Positions 1 to 12,154 of a stretch of 64,000 nt of DNA are shown piece after piece. Both the position numbers and the translations under genes were made by a program. The notes under the pieces are model-generated. The model saw only the letters and a program-made list of their open reading frames with translations, did not search any database and was not told the DNA's origin. The stretch's first letter is position 1. Every line of letters starts with the position of its first letter. Source of the stretch: Phoronis australis (lineage: Eukaryota > Animalia > Phoronida); contig NMRA01001016.1 of assembly GCA_002633005.1 (NCBI GenBank), positions 5,889-69,888 of the forward strand, read 5' to 3'.

Positions 1-1076
1 AAATTTGAAATTCTTCTCATACAAAACACTACTTTTGCTATACTAATCACACATTTCACCCCATCGCAAGTATGTAAATGTTTGATGGGTATTCAACAAT
101 TACAATCTCCTAAAACTTAGTTGTATTTGTCAAGGTGACTGTCTGAAACATAAACATGTCGCATTTCTTTCACTCAAGGCATTATTAAAATGTCTGAACC
201 TTCTGTCTGTTGATGACTTGTTCATACTGTCCTGTTTCAAATTAGTATGTAAATCATCTAATCCTCTGCCGCCAATCCTTTCGGGTTTTCCAGCAATTAC
301 AAACACCTCCTGGAGGTAGTACACTCCAACCCTTTAATTACAGATGTCAAAATTTTACCTCTCGTAGTGTCTATACCAGTTAACAGGTTCAAATGTTTCC
401 GCCCACACATTACCTTATAAACAACAAGTTAACGTCCCGCAATACCCATGCCAATTTAAATGTCCAAGTGCTCCCGCACACACCTTCCATTCTAATACAT
501 GTAACCAACAGTTTTCTGCAAATATCCGGTAAGCTATAGTTAAAATTCACATTCACTGTAGCGTTGATGTTAGTTAGTTACTCTGAATAGTGCGAAATAC
601 AATATTGTCACAAATGAATTACTTATTTGTAATTATGTATTGTAGATATGTTCAGTTAGGACTTTCATTTCTTTATAAACCACTAAAACGTAAGAGTATC
701 ATCTGTTTTCTGCTCCTAATTTCCAAGCAATTGAGAAAGTGAATTATTCCATACATGTATGAGTTCGGTAGGAAATCTCCGACAATTTGACATAAATCGT
801 AGCTAGGATTTGTCCTCCGGTTACAGAAAACGGTTTTAAAACGCACTAATCAGAAAAAGAATGTAAAATATGGATGGTACTGATCCAGAAATAAGCCCTA
901 AATCGAGAATCATGAAATAGATAAAGTGTCACAAACTTGGCTCGAATTTTCCCTTGTCACGACAGCAATAGATAAAGGAGATCGATGGTCACGTGAGTAT
1001 TTGATAAGCAAATTTCATGATCATGCGACTATATGATTAGCAAATTGTTTTCTGAGAAATGCGTTTTATATATGTT

Positions 1077-1140
1077 TGCGTGTGCGTGTGCTCGTGTATG
1101 CGTGTGTGTGTGCGTGCGAGCGCGCGCGCGTGTATGTGCG
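1077..1140. repeat. (GT)/(GC) mixed dinucleotide microsatellite
   Basis: TGCGTGTGCGTGTG...GCGCGCGCGTG; a shorter version is in copy B at ~51612-51660. Confidence 0.8.
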
Positions 1141-1639
1141 CAAATTTGTAGCAAGTGTTTTTTGTATGGTGAACACAGATGCAAGAGAAACAGCTTGAGT
1201 TATTGCCTAATAGATAAGTATCTTGAATTTTGTTCTTGCAAATCGTGAAAGACCAGCAACGGAGTGGGTGTCCATCTTCTCTAGAACTGATGAGGATATT
1301 TTATTTTCATTAATGATTCTAGAAATGTGAAAATGTAACAGTGACTTGCCGCGATTTATTAGTAAAATGAAGTCGGTATAGGATTGTAGTTGCGACAAGA
1401 AAGTTTCCATAGAGATCTAGGCCCATTTGCATAAAAGTTATACGCCGTATAGCAACACTGACAATGCATGATCACGCGTCACGTGTTATTGTTGAACAAT
1501 GCACCTGACGACATGCAACAATCCAACTTAGTCCAGCGGATAATTTTGAAGTTTTATGCAACCCAGCCCTGGCGAACAAGAATTTATACGTGATCTGTTG
1601 TTAAGGTTGCGATAGCATATGAATTTGTTTTGAAAATAA

Positions 1640-2025
1640 AAACAGTGTGGATGTTGGCAGTGTAAAACCTTGTAATCTATTTTCCAGCCGTATATATTAA
1701 GAGTGTCTTCAAGCAGAAGTATTTTAATAATTTGCCTACATGGACAACGTAGTGTGAGTTGGTGATTATTCTTAAGACCAGTTTCTGAAGGAATTGTAGT
1801 CTGTTAACATTTTTAAAAGCCTACCATATTGTGATGCCAAATTTAGTGAGTGTGGATTAAAAACGAGTAACTCGTTGTCAGAGCGAACAAAGGCAGAATG
1901 TTTCTTGAGTTTATTCAATACTCGGAGTACGCCACAGATTTGTTCAATTTTTCCCACCAGATTAATATGTTCTGACCAGGATGAAGAGTCGTCAAACGTA
2001 AGTCTCAAGATTCACCCCTAACTCT
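1640..2025 (-). mobile_element. Degenerate CR1/L2-group LINE fragment (region C-terminal to RT)
   Basis: Minus-strand pieces across frames read LGV..DDSSSWSEHINLVGKI..ICGVL / FGITIW..NVNRLQFLQKLVLRIITNSHY, resembling the post-RT region of invertebrate CR1/L2 ORF2. Also present in copy B (~52220-52565), so it predates the duplication. Confidence 0.6.
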
Positions 2026-4782
2026 CGCTGATTGTCTTGGTAGCCTAAGATTTTAGCTGTTTTTACCGTCCAGGGACAACCTAATGGCACCCGTGCTGTA
2101 ATTTCGTTTATATACTTTTGTATATTAATTAGTTTTGCGTAAACGTGGACAAGATTTAAGTCACAAACGCATAACGCGGGGGAACGGGGGGGGGGGGCAG
2201 TTANGGGGGGGCTCAGTTACACCCTGATTCGGGAAATTGGTGTCGTGGGAGGATGAAATTGGTGGGAAAAAAAGAAACCCGTTCAGGCGAATTTATCATA
2301 TGCCACTTCGAGCAAGGAAATCCAGACACAGTTATGTCATAGGTTAACTCTCCAATTTTTTCAGTTTGGGATTGATTTCCTGTACTCGCCAGGCTTGACC
2401 GTTCAGGTCCCGTGCTCAGATTCCGTCGATATTTTGTTCCACGCGCTAACTACAATTTCACTTATAGATTTCCAGGAAGTGAGAATCAAGCGGTCGATAA
2501 CAACACTGGGTTTACCAGTAATTAATAATTGAAAATTGTCTGTACACCAGTCTTTAGCAACCGTAATTCTAACAGAAATACTATTGCAATCTCATCACTC
2601 ATCCGAGTTCTACCCGGTTGGTTGTCAATCCGTTGAATGAATAAAATTCTGGCGAATTTCAGTACTTCAGAAAGATCGTTCAGTCATGCGTGAGGCGTTA
2701 CAGGACATATGTGGAGGAGAATATGAATTAGGCGTAACACCTGGAACAATAACTGGCGTGCAATTAGCGCGTCACCATGCAGATGTCATGTCAAATGCTT
2801 AATCTATTTGAAAAATTACTTTTTCATTACACTTTGCCGTGAATTTTAAAGAATTTAAACTTTGGATAAAATTACTGGTAACTTCACCGCGACAATAAGC
2901 ATATAGGGGCGCATAAATGCCCTGGTGCATGAAAACAGGCGATTAATAAGCACTTGTGCGCTCGTGCATACGATGCAACACAATTTGTATGTAGGTCTGG
3001 CGGCGTCATCACAATTGTACCTCCTGAGATGACCAAACAAGACCAACAGAGGAACTTGGATAAAATTGTTAAATGGTTGGATATTTTAGTCAATCAGTAT
3101 AAAACTCCAATACATATTAAGCCCGAGAACAATTTTCGTTCTAGCGAAGTGACGGTTTGTAGTTGCGGTCAGGCCTGAGTTGACTAAATGGAAGCACTTA
3201 TGTTAAGTGATGAGAAACAAAATCTGGTACCAGGAAACCAATGTTTACAACCACTGTAACTAGCGAAATTCATGCAGCTCTATCCACGCGATTAGATGTC
3301 CGTTTATATGTAATATGCTAGCCACTGAACACCGGGTCTTGGCAGTCACCAAGCGCCATCTGTGAGCGCACGCACAACCGATAAGTACAAGCAGAATGGC
3401 AAGGGAGATGCCATGCGTCACCGCATCACAAACGGATGAAGTATTACTTGGGATCATTGAAAGCCTAGCCTTGACTGACTTCTAGGCAGTGTAAAACCAA
3501 CATAGTTTTCCGAGACCTTTCAGTGATTTGGCGCAACATAGGCATTTGGCAGATTAGTTTTGGCTTGGAAGAAATACGTTAGGAAGGAACAGTAAACGAA
3601 TTTGTTAGGGAACTCGGTCGACTTCATTTGCGGGTACTGACGGATGGCTCAATAGGGCTATTTTTAGGTTGGACTTAGTGAGCATCCGACTTTTTACTTA
3701 AGACTGTGAACTTTAGACGTTGATGGAGTACAGGTATGCGTTGCATGTAGAACTTCCGTGGATCATGGGACAGTTGGTAAGTACCTTGAAATATGCCGAT
3801 GTGCTACTAACTCGTGTGAATGACTCACGGCAAGCCAATAATGGTCTATATGATGTAACGGTCACGCCTATATAGTCGTAAGGTGGTTACGCTGTCACAG
3901 CTGAAGCCGGTCAAGCATGATGTTGTCTATCGTTTTTTCTTTGAGTAGGCCAGTTGTATTTTGTCCTTTCCGCTCGAAAGCACAGAGTCAACCACCACCC
4001 GAATAAAAGCGAAAAACCTTCACTGACCACGTAAATAATTATACTTGGCCGTTGTAACACCTTTTGAAGCCCTTTACCTGAAACCCACGAGGGTAAACGT
4101 TTGAGAATGGTGAGTCAGAGTCGAGGTAACCAAGGTATTTTCCGTTAGTTATTAAGGACACTTATAATTGCACTAAGATAATGACTTACAGAGTCGTGAT
4201 CCGGCGCGGTGTTCAATTTGCATTTCTGTCGCGGATGCTTGTCCACAAGTTCCCATGCAAGGGAGATAAGGGAAGTAGGACGATCAGCCAGCTCCAAAGC
4301 AGAGAATATAGATATATACACGTGGATTGACAGACAGGTAGTTTATTGGGTACAATATTCGAACCAGAAGACTAGGCTAGAAACAGAAAGGTTTGGGAGC
4401 CGCTTTTATGAAGCCCACCATAATTAAAAGGTATTGTAACGAAAGAATAGTGCTAAAGCCAAGATGGCTAGGAAATTAAACATTGTGGATAATTAAATAA
4501 AAATAACCGTAAACAACATGCCCTGTAATATTAAAACTAATTGCATGAGCTAGTTTTATTGTAGAAAAACAAAGTAATTACAGTTCAGTCATCTGTCAAG
4601 TGTGAGATTTAAAAAAATGTGAGATGGCAGAAACAATTGGCGAATGTAATGAAATCCGTAACACGGTTATTAAAAAATCCTTCTGATGAACAACTAAATC
4701 AATTTGTGCTGTGCATTCTACGTTAGTCCGAGAATCCCTGAAATGCGTTATTTTTTTAGAACGATTAATGGTTATCCACTGC

Positions 4783-5420
4783 CAGGGCCGTAGGAAGCGG
4801 AGGACCGGGGGAGGGGGCACGGCCCCCCAAAAATTTTCATCCGTCAGGATTAAATTGTTGAAACCGAAATAAGCTTGGGGCCGGGGACAGTCGAGAAAAT
4901 AAAAACTGCGAAATACCTATAAGAGAGAAAATTCAAGAGAACATTAACAACTCTGCATCAGTGCATGGTTTACCTTTTGAGGACCCTGGCCAGGACATTG
5001 TCGTTAGGGTCTCCGCTTTTGCACCACAGGTCGTCTAAACGCACACATATATTTCGAAAAATCGAGAAAATTTGTAAAGCGAAGCTTTTGCGGAGCGTAC
5101 TTATTTACTGGATGTTTAAATTCAAAAAGTCAATTTTGCGAATGCAAAACTATTTTTTTCCAGAGGCCCCTATCTGTCGAGGGATAACGGAAACAACTTC
5201 GCTTTATTTTTTTTCTCGAAACTGTATACCACTTGAGAAAAATTGATCATCTGACAGATAACATCAATTGCTACGCATTTCCTGATATTTGAAAATATAA
5301 ATATTTTCATATTTAGGGGGCCTGCCCTTGAAGGAGGCCATCGATGACATTCAAATGGCCACCTTTTTGTGTTTTTCTTGAAAAATTCTTAAGGGGCCGC
5401 TGACAGAGAAAGGGCCCAAT
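4783..5420. mobile_element. Probable non-autonomous DNA transposon remnant (hAT-like left end) truncating duplication copy A; right end uncertain
   Basis: Starts CAGGGCCGTAGGAAGCGG followed by a G/C-rich hairpin (GGGGGCACGGCCCCC), exactly where homology to copy B ends. Confidence 0.4.
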
Positions 5421-5580
5421 GTTGGAATCGATTACCTCTGTTTTCATGTTTTTGTGAAATCATGCAAGCGGCTTTCATGTGGAAGGAGGTCACTCCCTGC
5501 ATCGTTTTGGGACCACACGACGGTGGAATGAACTGTCACTCTTTTTTCCAAGCTTAATAATGTTTAGCCTTTCATCTTAA

Positions 5581-6100
5581 GGTGCCCCATTTCAGCCGGT
5601 ACCCTCTCTCGGTGGAGCAGTTCGGGGGAAATGTCACTTTGTCCCTCTATATATGTATATCTGACACTGCCAAGTATTCACGAGGGAAGTTGAGGTTCCA
5701 AATTCATCAAAAAAATACCCAAAACGTTCGTGCACAGCACAGCCATTCGACCCAAACAACGAAAAATGTGAAAAAATACAGTAGAATTGCCGCCATTGAA
5801 AGGGTGGAATTTTAAAGACCACTACTTGTGAATTATTCAAAAGGTCTATTTCCGATGGTTAGCTATAAAATAATGATACCGTTTCCCGTAATATCATGAG
5901 AATAGTATCTCGTTTGAAGATGGTTACTATGAATTGTTTGTAAGGAATTCCCACATGTGGAAAAAATACTGCTGTCTAGGCTACTATTTGTAATGAACGT
6001 GTACATGATGAAATGGGTACTCAAAGAACTCTCGCAGTCATAAACAAAGATTTCAGCTTTTTTTGTCAGTGTGTACCTCTGAAATGAGCAAAAATACACC
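5581..6100. mobile_element. Kolobok-like non-autonomous element, 520 bp, TTAA TSD
   Basis: TTAA|GGTG...CACC|TTAA; imperfect TIR (CATTTCAG-x-GGTAC on both ends). Confidence 0.5.
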
Positions 6101-7944
6101 TTAATACGAATGCCCCAACTCCCATATTCCCCCGCTTAAGTCTGCGAGCATGCATTCGGAAATTGCTTATAACATTCCGTTTTGATAAACAAATTCTTTG
6201 GTTTCTGACTTACTTGTTTATGTATCTACGAAAATCGATAGATTCATTATGATTTTTGACAATTAGAAGCTAATTTTGTACGAATTGATGATGTTTCAGT
6301 GAATTTAATTGTAGCCTGAAGTTGGAAAAACTCAATAACCCGATCATAAATAGTTAAGTACTTAGACGATTTTTGCATATCTAAAATAACTCTCAAAGTC
6401 ATTGATGAAATTCGGACACACAAACGTTTTAAAAATCCTTAAATGAATAAAATTAAACTCATTGATTGGAAAGGTTGTCTTTGCACTTCCTTGGTGTTTT
6501 TAGTTTCCAGTAGTAATGAGTAGGCGGATAGGCGGTACTTCAGTTTTTTAACGGCAGGCCTAGGTCCACTAGGCCTCTAAATTTTTGGAAAGGGATGAGG
6601 CAAAAATCTACCCAGCAAAAGGGCTTTGGAATTAGCAGACCTGTTACCAGCAATAGGGACGTGTGTCACAGCAATTTTGGTACACGCCTGCAGGCACCTT
6701 GTCAATATATGAATAACCCTTCCCTGGCCGGGGCAAACAGTACCAAATTTCATCATATAGTATACAGATGTATAATTCTGTATGAATGCTTGACTAACTT
6801 CCCAGCAACTGAGGAACCCATATTCTAAACTATGTGTAGCCTAGCAACTAATCTTTTGGATCATTGAAACTATTTTCCTGTTGATTTAATTGGTCAAAAT
6901 TATATGTTTGACTTCTCCGCGGTCCATGTTCCTTTTTACTATTATATAACAACCAAATTAATTGGTATTAGAAATTAAGTAGTTGACTAATTTGTAGTCT
7001 AATTAATTAATTAATTGACCGGTTAGTACACAAAGGATTTCATTATTACACTGTGTAATTTTGCATTGTATGTAACATTGTTGGGTTTTTATCATTAAAA
7101 ACATCAGATATGCAAAATATTAATTATTTATGAATATTTTTCTTTTTCTTTTGGTATTATCGTACACCATCAAGACTTCATTAAGAGCCATCTAATAATA
7201 TTACTCTGATGCAGATCGGCTGAAAAAAACGGCGGAGTTGCGCGACAATAAATAAGGTGACACTTTTTATGTTTGGCCTAGGGTTGAAATATATATTTGT
7301 TTGGCCTAGATACACATTCTTGGTGTTCAAGTGCTTCTTGATCATATGAACATAATGGTTAGAAAACTGTAAACTCTTTTAAGAGTTTAAAATTTTTAAA
7401 AAAAATATTGTAATACATCCCAATGGCTTTACGTTTCGTCGGTCAGCAAGGCAGCGATTGCCGGCTTCTCGAAAAATACGAAATTGCAAGCAGATGGACC
7501 TCGGGGTTTGACGATGTAGATTCCTCCCATAGCCCTTTATTCCACAGTAGCTAAGAAACAGCACCAGAACAAATGACTCATTGTAAGCAACTGCACGTAT
7601 ACTGATGAAACACTGAGGAAATTCCTCAAAAACAACAAATTTTCGGATATATCATAGGCGCATTAGCTTAAACGAGCACTAACACGACACTATAAATTTG
7701 TTACGTAAGTAAAGTTAGCTTTCATATCAACGAAGAGAAAAATCGAAAAAGATAAATTAAAGGAGAATTATGTGGCATTAGACTTAAAAACGCACGAGAC
7801 CGAGTTCCGGGGCAGGGGGTATAGGCTCTCTCGCGATATCCCAGGCGACCGGCAGTGGCGCTGCGCACTAAGACTCCGTTTCCGTCGTCTGCTCCACTGT
7901 GCAATGAAGAAAATTACATCAATTTTTAAAGAAAATGAAACCTG

Positions 7945-8345
7945 GGCCCGATCTCCAATCTTTTTACTCGAAATGGAACTCGAAATTAGGTTTGGCATTT
8001 TCTACACTACTTTTGGGCGAACTCAAGGTAAGTGTCTATTATACTATGCTAGAGTACACAATAACTTACGTAGATAATTTATTGCCCTTAGTTCACAGGT
8101 TGTAAACCCAATATTAAAGCAATAAGTTCGAGTTTGAACTCGAAATTTCAAGTTTTTACTCGAGTTTGTAGCACGAATATAAGGGTCTTCAAGGGCAAAC
8201 TTGAACTAGAAACTTCTATGCATAAACTGTAATGTATTCGAGCACAGTCTGATAACCAATTATCTTAAGTTCGCACAAAAGGAGCAGAGAAATTGCCAAA
8301 AATAGTTTCGAGTTCGTTTCGAGTACAAAGATTAGAGACCGGGCC
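7945..8345. mobile_element. MITE (PIF/Harbinger-like), ~40-bp TIR, CTG TSD
   Basis: Left GGCCCGATCTCCAATCTTTTTACTCGAAATGGAACTCGAAA; right revcomp GGCCCGGTCTCTAATCTTTGTACTCGAAACGAACTCGAAA; CTG at 7942-7944 and 8346-8348. Confidence 0.8.
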
Positions 8346-8716
8346 CTGAGTAACGATGAAAAAACAGGAGCTGCTGGTAAGATGTGAATTTTAATCGAAG
8401 CCTTAGGGAATCACTCAGAAACTCAAAATTCTCTCTTTGTCAAGCATTAAAGGGGCCTCCCTCCATTCGGTGCTGTGCTCACCTCTACAATCGTGCTTGG
8501 CTCAAATGCTTACAGACAAAATGTTGCCCCCCTTTGTGATATCCTAGATCCGCCACTGGGTTAAGCTCCATACCATTGATTTGTCTTACGTACTTTTGTA
8601 ATGCAAAGTAATGGCGTGATGCACAATATAACCCTAAACATTCTTTGTTCATTCTGGTCTTCCATACGTTTTGTATCACAATGACTATGAAAACGTATAC
8701 TAAGTATAGGCCTATG

Positions 8717-8810
8717 GGGAGGCAGTGTGGCCAAGTGTGATAAGTGCCCGCTTTGTTTACCTGAGGTCGTGGGTTCGAGTGCCACTGGGTCACACTGGTA
8801 AACCCTTGAG
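8717..8810 (+). mobile_element. tRNA-derived SINE head
   Basis: A box TGGCCAAGTG and B box GGTTCGAGTGCC at tRNA-like spacing; acceptor stem is poor. Confidence 0.55.
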
Positions 8811-10210
8811 TTGCGTTTCTTGCTCTTCAGCTCGATTTTAACAATATATTAATAAGGCATAAAAATGGTTCCAGGTGATCAGTGGAATGGGCCCACATGC
8901 GCGGCCTGTGCTAGTGTGGTACAACGTGTATCAGATCGCATGCAGTTATTAAAAAAGTAAGAATAGCATATCATGTTCTAATAGTTAGAATGGTGGCCTG
9001 GCAATGAAAAGTTTCCAGGTAAGAATCTTCATAGTGCACCAAAAATATAATGCCAAACGAAGTGCTTATCGTTGACTACCATGAGTGCACTAGATATCGC
9101 ACTCGTCTTCTGAGAAAGGTGTAAACCTGTAGATGGACGTAGGAATGATGGACTCAGTGAAACGTCGCGCCATCGTAAAAAGATTTGTGGCATAGAACTA
9201 GAGCTGTATAGTTTGAGGTTGGTGTGAATAGACCAATAGATTTTTAAATGAAGTCACTGCAGTCAATGCCTATTTTGTTCGTCAGCTATTTGACGTGGTA
9301 TGACATTGCGCCTCTTTATGGTAAACTGGCCGTCATGAGCAAACAGAATAGATTATCAGGATAACACTCTGTAAAATCTGCAGGTGCAAATTTTCTTCAT
9401 TTTCTGAATCATTTAGGGATCTTTAAAAGTATTCCAGAGTTATAATCGAGCATTATTGTTGCATTTCTGTGGTAAACAATTTTCTTACATTTTAAAATAG
9501 CTAGTGCCACTGAAATGGTTATCACGTGGCAGTGTGTTGCAGCATAATGTGACTGAAGATTATATTTTAGCCATCATTTAATTTGATAGAAAGATGCGCG
9601 GTAAACTTCTGATGCCGTCACACTGAAATTATTGTGAAATCAGTGTACCACGGTTTTGAAACCTGTGACCTCACTGTCTGTCCAGCTTCAGCGGAATAAC
9701 TTCGTAACAGTGATATCGAAAAAACGTATTACCTTGAGAATCCACAAGACTATGTTTATTCACTGCACGCAATGTCGAGAAATAACGCCTCCTTAAGTGT
9801 CAAAAAGGCATTCTAAGCTAAAAAACGAGGCGCCCTGACTTCTCGCCACCAAATGGGAGTAAAATGTGTTTGAACAATGACAGCAGCATTCACAGCCCCA
9901 CAGGTCTGGAATTAACTGTGAAATACATAATAGAGTTCAAATCCGTGACATTGACCTTATCACCCTTTTGGGCATTTTCACCTGTTGTTAGCCGTGCTTC
10001 ACGCATAATCACATTCCAACAAAGATTACAGCTGCACACATATATATTATGCCCGATATGCAGGTTACATCAAAAGCACTCAGCGGAGATTTGATGGCTG
10101 TGAACAATACACGAATGTGCAGTGTATTTTATGAAAACAAAAATAGAATTAGAAAGAGCTCAACGCTGAGCTTATAATTAAGTATGTCAGTCACGAAATC
10201 TGACATTGAT

Positions 10211-12154
10211 CTATTCATCCTCACCGGCATTCCAACACATCAAATGTCGCCATCGCAAAGCGACACCTTTGGCCTGCATAGAACAAGTGGTAGAGCCGTT
10301 GCCTGCGCGACAATTTCGTTGAAATCGAGACTTCAAACTTTGGAAAAATCCCTCACGTTTTACAAAGTCTGTTTTATCCGTAGAATCGCCGATAGAGTTG
10401 TGGATGTTCTCTGACACAGAAGATTCGTCATCTAAAGGTACATCCACGAATCCAGAGGTGTTGTCCTCTTCTGGTCGAGTGTCCTCTACGACGAATGGAA
10501 TTTTATTACTTTGCAATCTTGTGTGAAAAACTTTCCGCTCACAATCAAACCCACAGCGTTCAATGTCGATTGCGTTATCTTCTACGGCAAAAGGCAAGAA
10601 ACACTGAGGCCACGTTGCAAATGTAGACGGTCTGCCGCACTCGAGACGACCAGCATCTTCAAAAGCCCATGTTTCGTTGCTAGACTGCCGACTTGTGCCG
10701 ATAGTCTCGTCACTATTAATTACAGACACTTCAGAATCGTTTGGAACATGCAATTTTGCAAACGACTTGGAACCGTGAGGCCAGTGTGCGACACCAATTT
10801 TTTTGACGCCCTCTAGTCGAATATTTTCACGTTTGTCGACTAAACTGCTGCTTAGGAAAATTACTTTGTCCTGTTCTCCAGGATCACCGACATTCTTCGC
10901 CTCTGTCTCGACATTTTTTGAGAAAATCGGAAACACTTTTTTCATTGTAATCTCTGTCCCGATAACAGCAAAAGTAGGATTATGGCTTGTCGTAACTGAC
11001 TGCTGCTGCAAATCCACTAATTCGTCGTTGTCAGGATCAATAACCGTCTCTTCCTCTACATTTGAAAGACCTGTCTGCTCGTGGAGATTCTTTTCCTGTG
11101 ATTCCTCGTTCTGTATGGAATCGGAGCATAGTTCCTTCAAATTAGACTCCGTTTCAAAAACAGAAAACGTAGACTTATGGCGTGCATCAGAAAACTGTTG
11201 TTGCTTATCTGCCATTCCACCAGCAGGGTATCTAACCAACTCTCTCTGTACGATTGACAGGTCTGTATTCTCGTTCTTCCCCGTCGTTTCCTCTTTTTGT
11301 GCGAAAATCGGGAACAGCTCCGAAGTCGGCACAGTTTCGAAAACAGACAACTGCTTCATTAGCCCTACCATTTTGTCGTCACCAGGATCAATGGGGGGTT
11401 CTGTCTGAATAGTTGGCAGGTATGCCTCCTCCTGGATCTTCTCCTCTGCTAGAGATACTTCCTCCGAGATACACTGCGTTTCGAAAACAACGGAAATAGG
11501 GTCACGGCTTGCCGCATTTAACTGTTGCTGGTCTACTATTTTTCCATCAGGGCCACAAATCGGCTTCTTCTCTTCAGTTGGGAGACTTATCTTCCCATTC
11601 CCATTCTCCCCTGACTCCTCTTTTTGTGCGAAAATAGGGAACACTTTGGGTTCCTCCTCATAAACATTCTTCTCCTCTCCCATGGAGATGGCTCCCTGAG
11701 AAGTGTTCCTTTCACATTTGGCTTCAGCTTTATAGATTGCTGTTGAATTTTCAATTTCACACTGGAATTCGTACTGGACGAATTGCCAGGCGAGGACTGT
11801 CGATTTGTGCACTCTGCTTACCTGTTTGCAACGTGTTACCTTCACAATATGAAGATAGCACAAATCTGATACACATCCCGCATGAAATTCCATCATTTCC
11901 ACACCAACGTCTGTTTTCTGAACTGTTTTGGATGCGTCAGATACGTTTCCTTGACGCTTGTCATCCACTGCCGTGCTTGTAGAAATGTAATTCTTGCCAA
12001 AAGTTACAATGCACGGAAATCTCTGCGAGACAGAGTCGACTTTCTCTGTCGTTTCAATCACTATTTGCCATAAACAGTGTACAAACCATGCTAAGTATGA
12101 TATCATAACTGTCACAAAGTCCCCAATGGCTCTGTTAGCCATTGCTAGGTCCAT
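10211..12154 (-). CDS. Intronless 647-aa acidic, probably disordered protein with N-terminal hydrophobic segment and ~4 internal degenerate repeats; function unknown
   Basis: Uninterrupted 1944-bp ATG-started ORF in an AT-rich genome; E/D/S-rich; repeats FPIFAQKEE x2, FPIFSKNVE, and (P/V)IxP..(V/A)D.QQQ...VFET. No domain recognised. Confidence 0.7.
   Translation of the reverse strand: MDLAMANRAIGDFVTVMISYLAWFVHCLWQIVIETTEKVDSVSQRFPCIVTFGKNYISTSTAVDDKRQGNVSDASKTVQKTDVGVEMMEFHAGCVSDLCYLHIVKVTRCKQVSRVHKSTVLAWQFVQYEFQCEIENSTAIYKAEAKCERNTSQGAISMGEEKNVYEEEPKVFPIFAQKEESGENGNGKISLPTEEKKPICGPDGKIVDQQQLNAASRDPISVVFETQCISEEVSLAEEKIQEEAYLPTIQTEPPIDPGDDKMVGLMKQLSVFETVPTSELFPIFAQKEETTGKNENTDLSIVQRELVRYPAGGMADKQQQFSDARHKSTFSVFETESNLKELCSDSIQNEESQEKNLHEQTGLSNVEEETVIDPDNDELVDLQQQSVTTSHNPTFAVIGTEITMKKVFPIFSKNVETEAKNVGDPGEQDKVIFLSSSLVDKRENIRLEGVKKIGVAHWPHGSKSFAKLHVPNDSEVSVINSDETIGTSRQSSNETWAFEDAGRLECGRPSTFATWPQCFLPFAVEDNAIDIERCGFDCERKVFHTRLQSNKIPFVVEDTRPEEDNTSGFVDVPLDDESSVSENIHNSIGDSTDKTDFVKREGFFQSLKSRFQRNCRAGNGSTTCSMQAKGVALRWRHLMCWNAGEDE

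Larger units (their letters stand above)
1..4782 (+). repeat. Segmental duplication block 1, copy A (continues left of window)
   Basis: Colinear with 50563-55797 along its length (8 mismatches in the first 120 bp; roughly 90% by eye overall, with indels). Homology stops at GTTATCCACTGC, where a CAGGGCCGTAG-starting element begins. Confidence 0.95.

Noticed and set aside
2641-3460. Protein-coding gene inside duplication block 1
   Set aside because: Differences between copies are mostly non-synonymous or frameshifting in the frames I tried; no family recognised.
8717-8790. Functional tRNA gene
   Set aside because: A and B boxes are present but the acceptor and anticodon stems are poor; treated as a SINE head.
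10184-12073. Plus-strand ORFs (e.g. 10803-11408, 201 aa)
   Set aside because: Antisense shadows of the 647-aa ORF.
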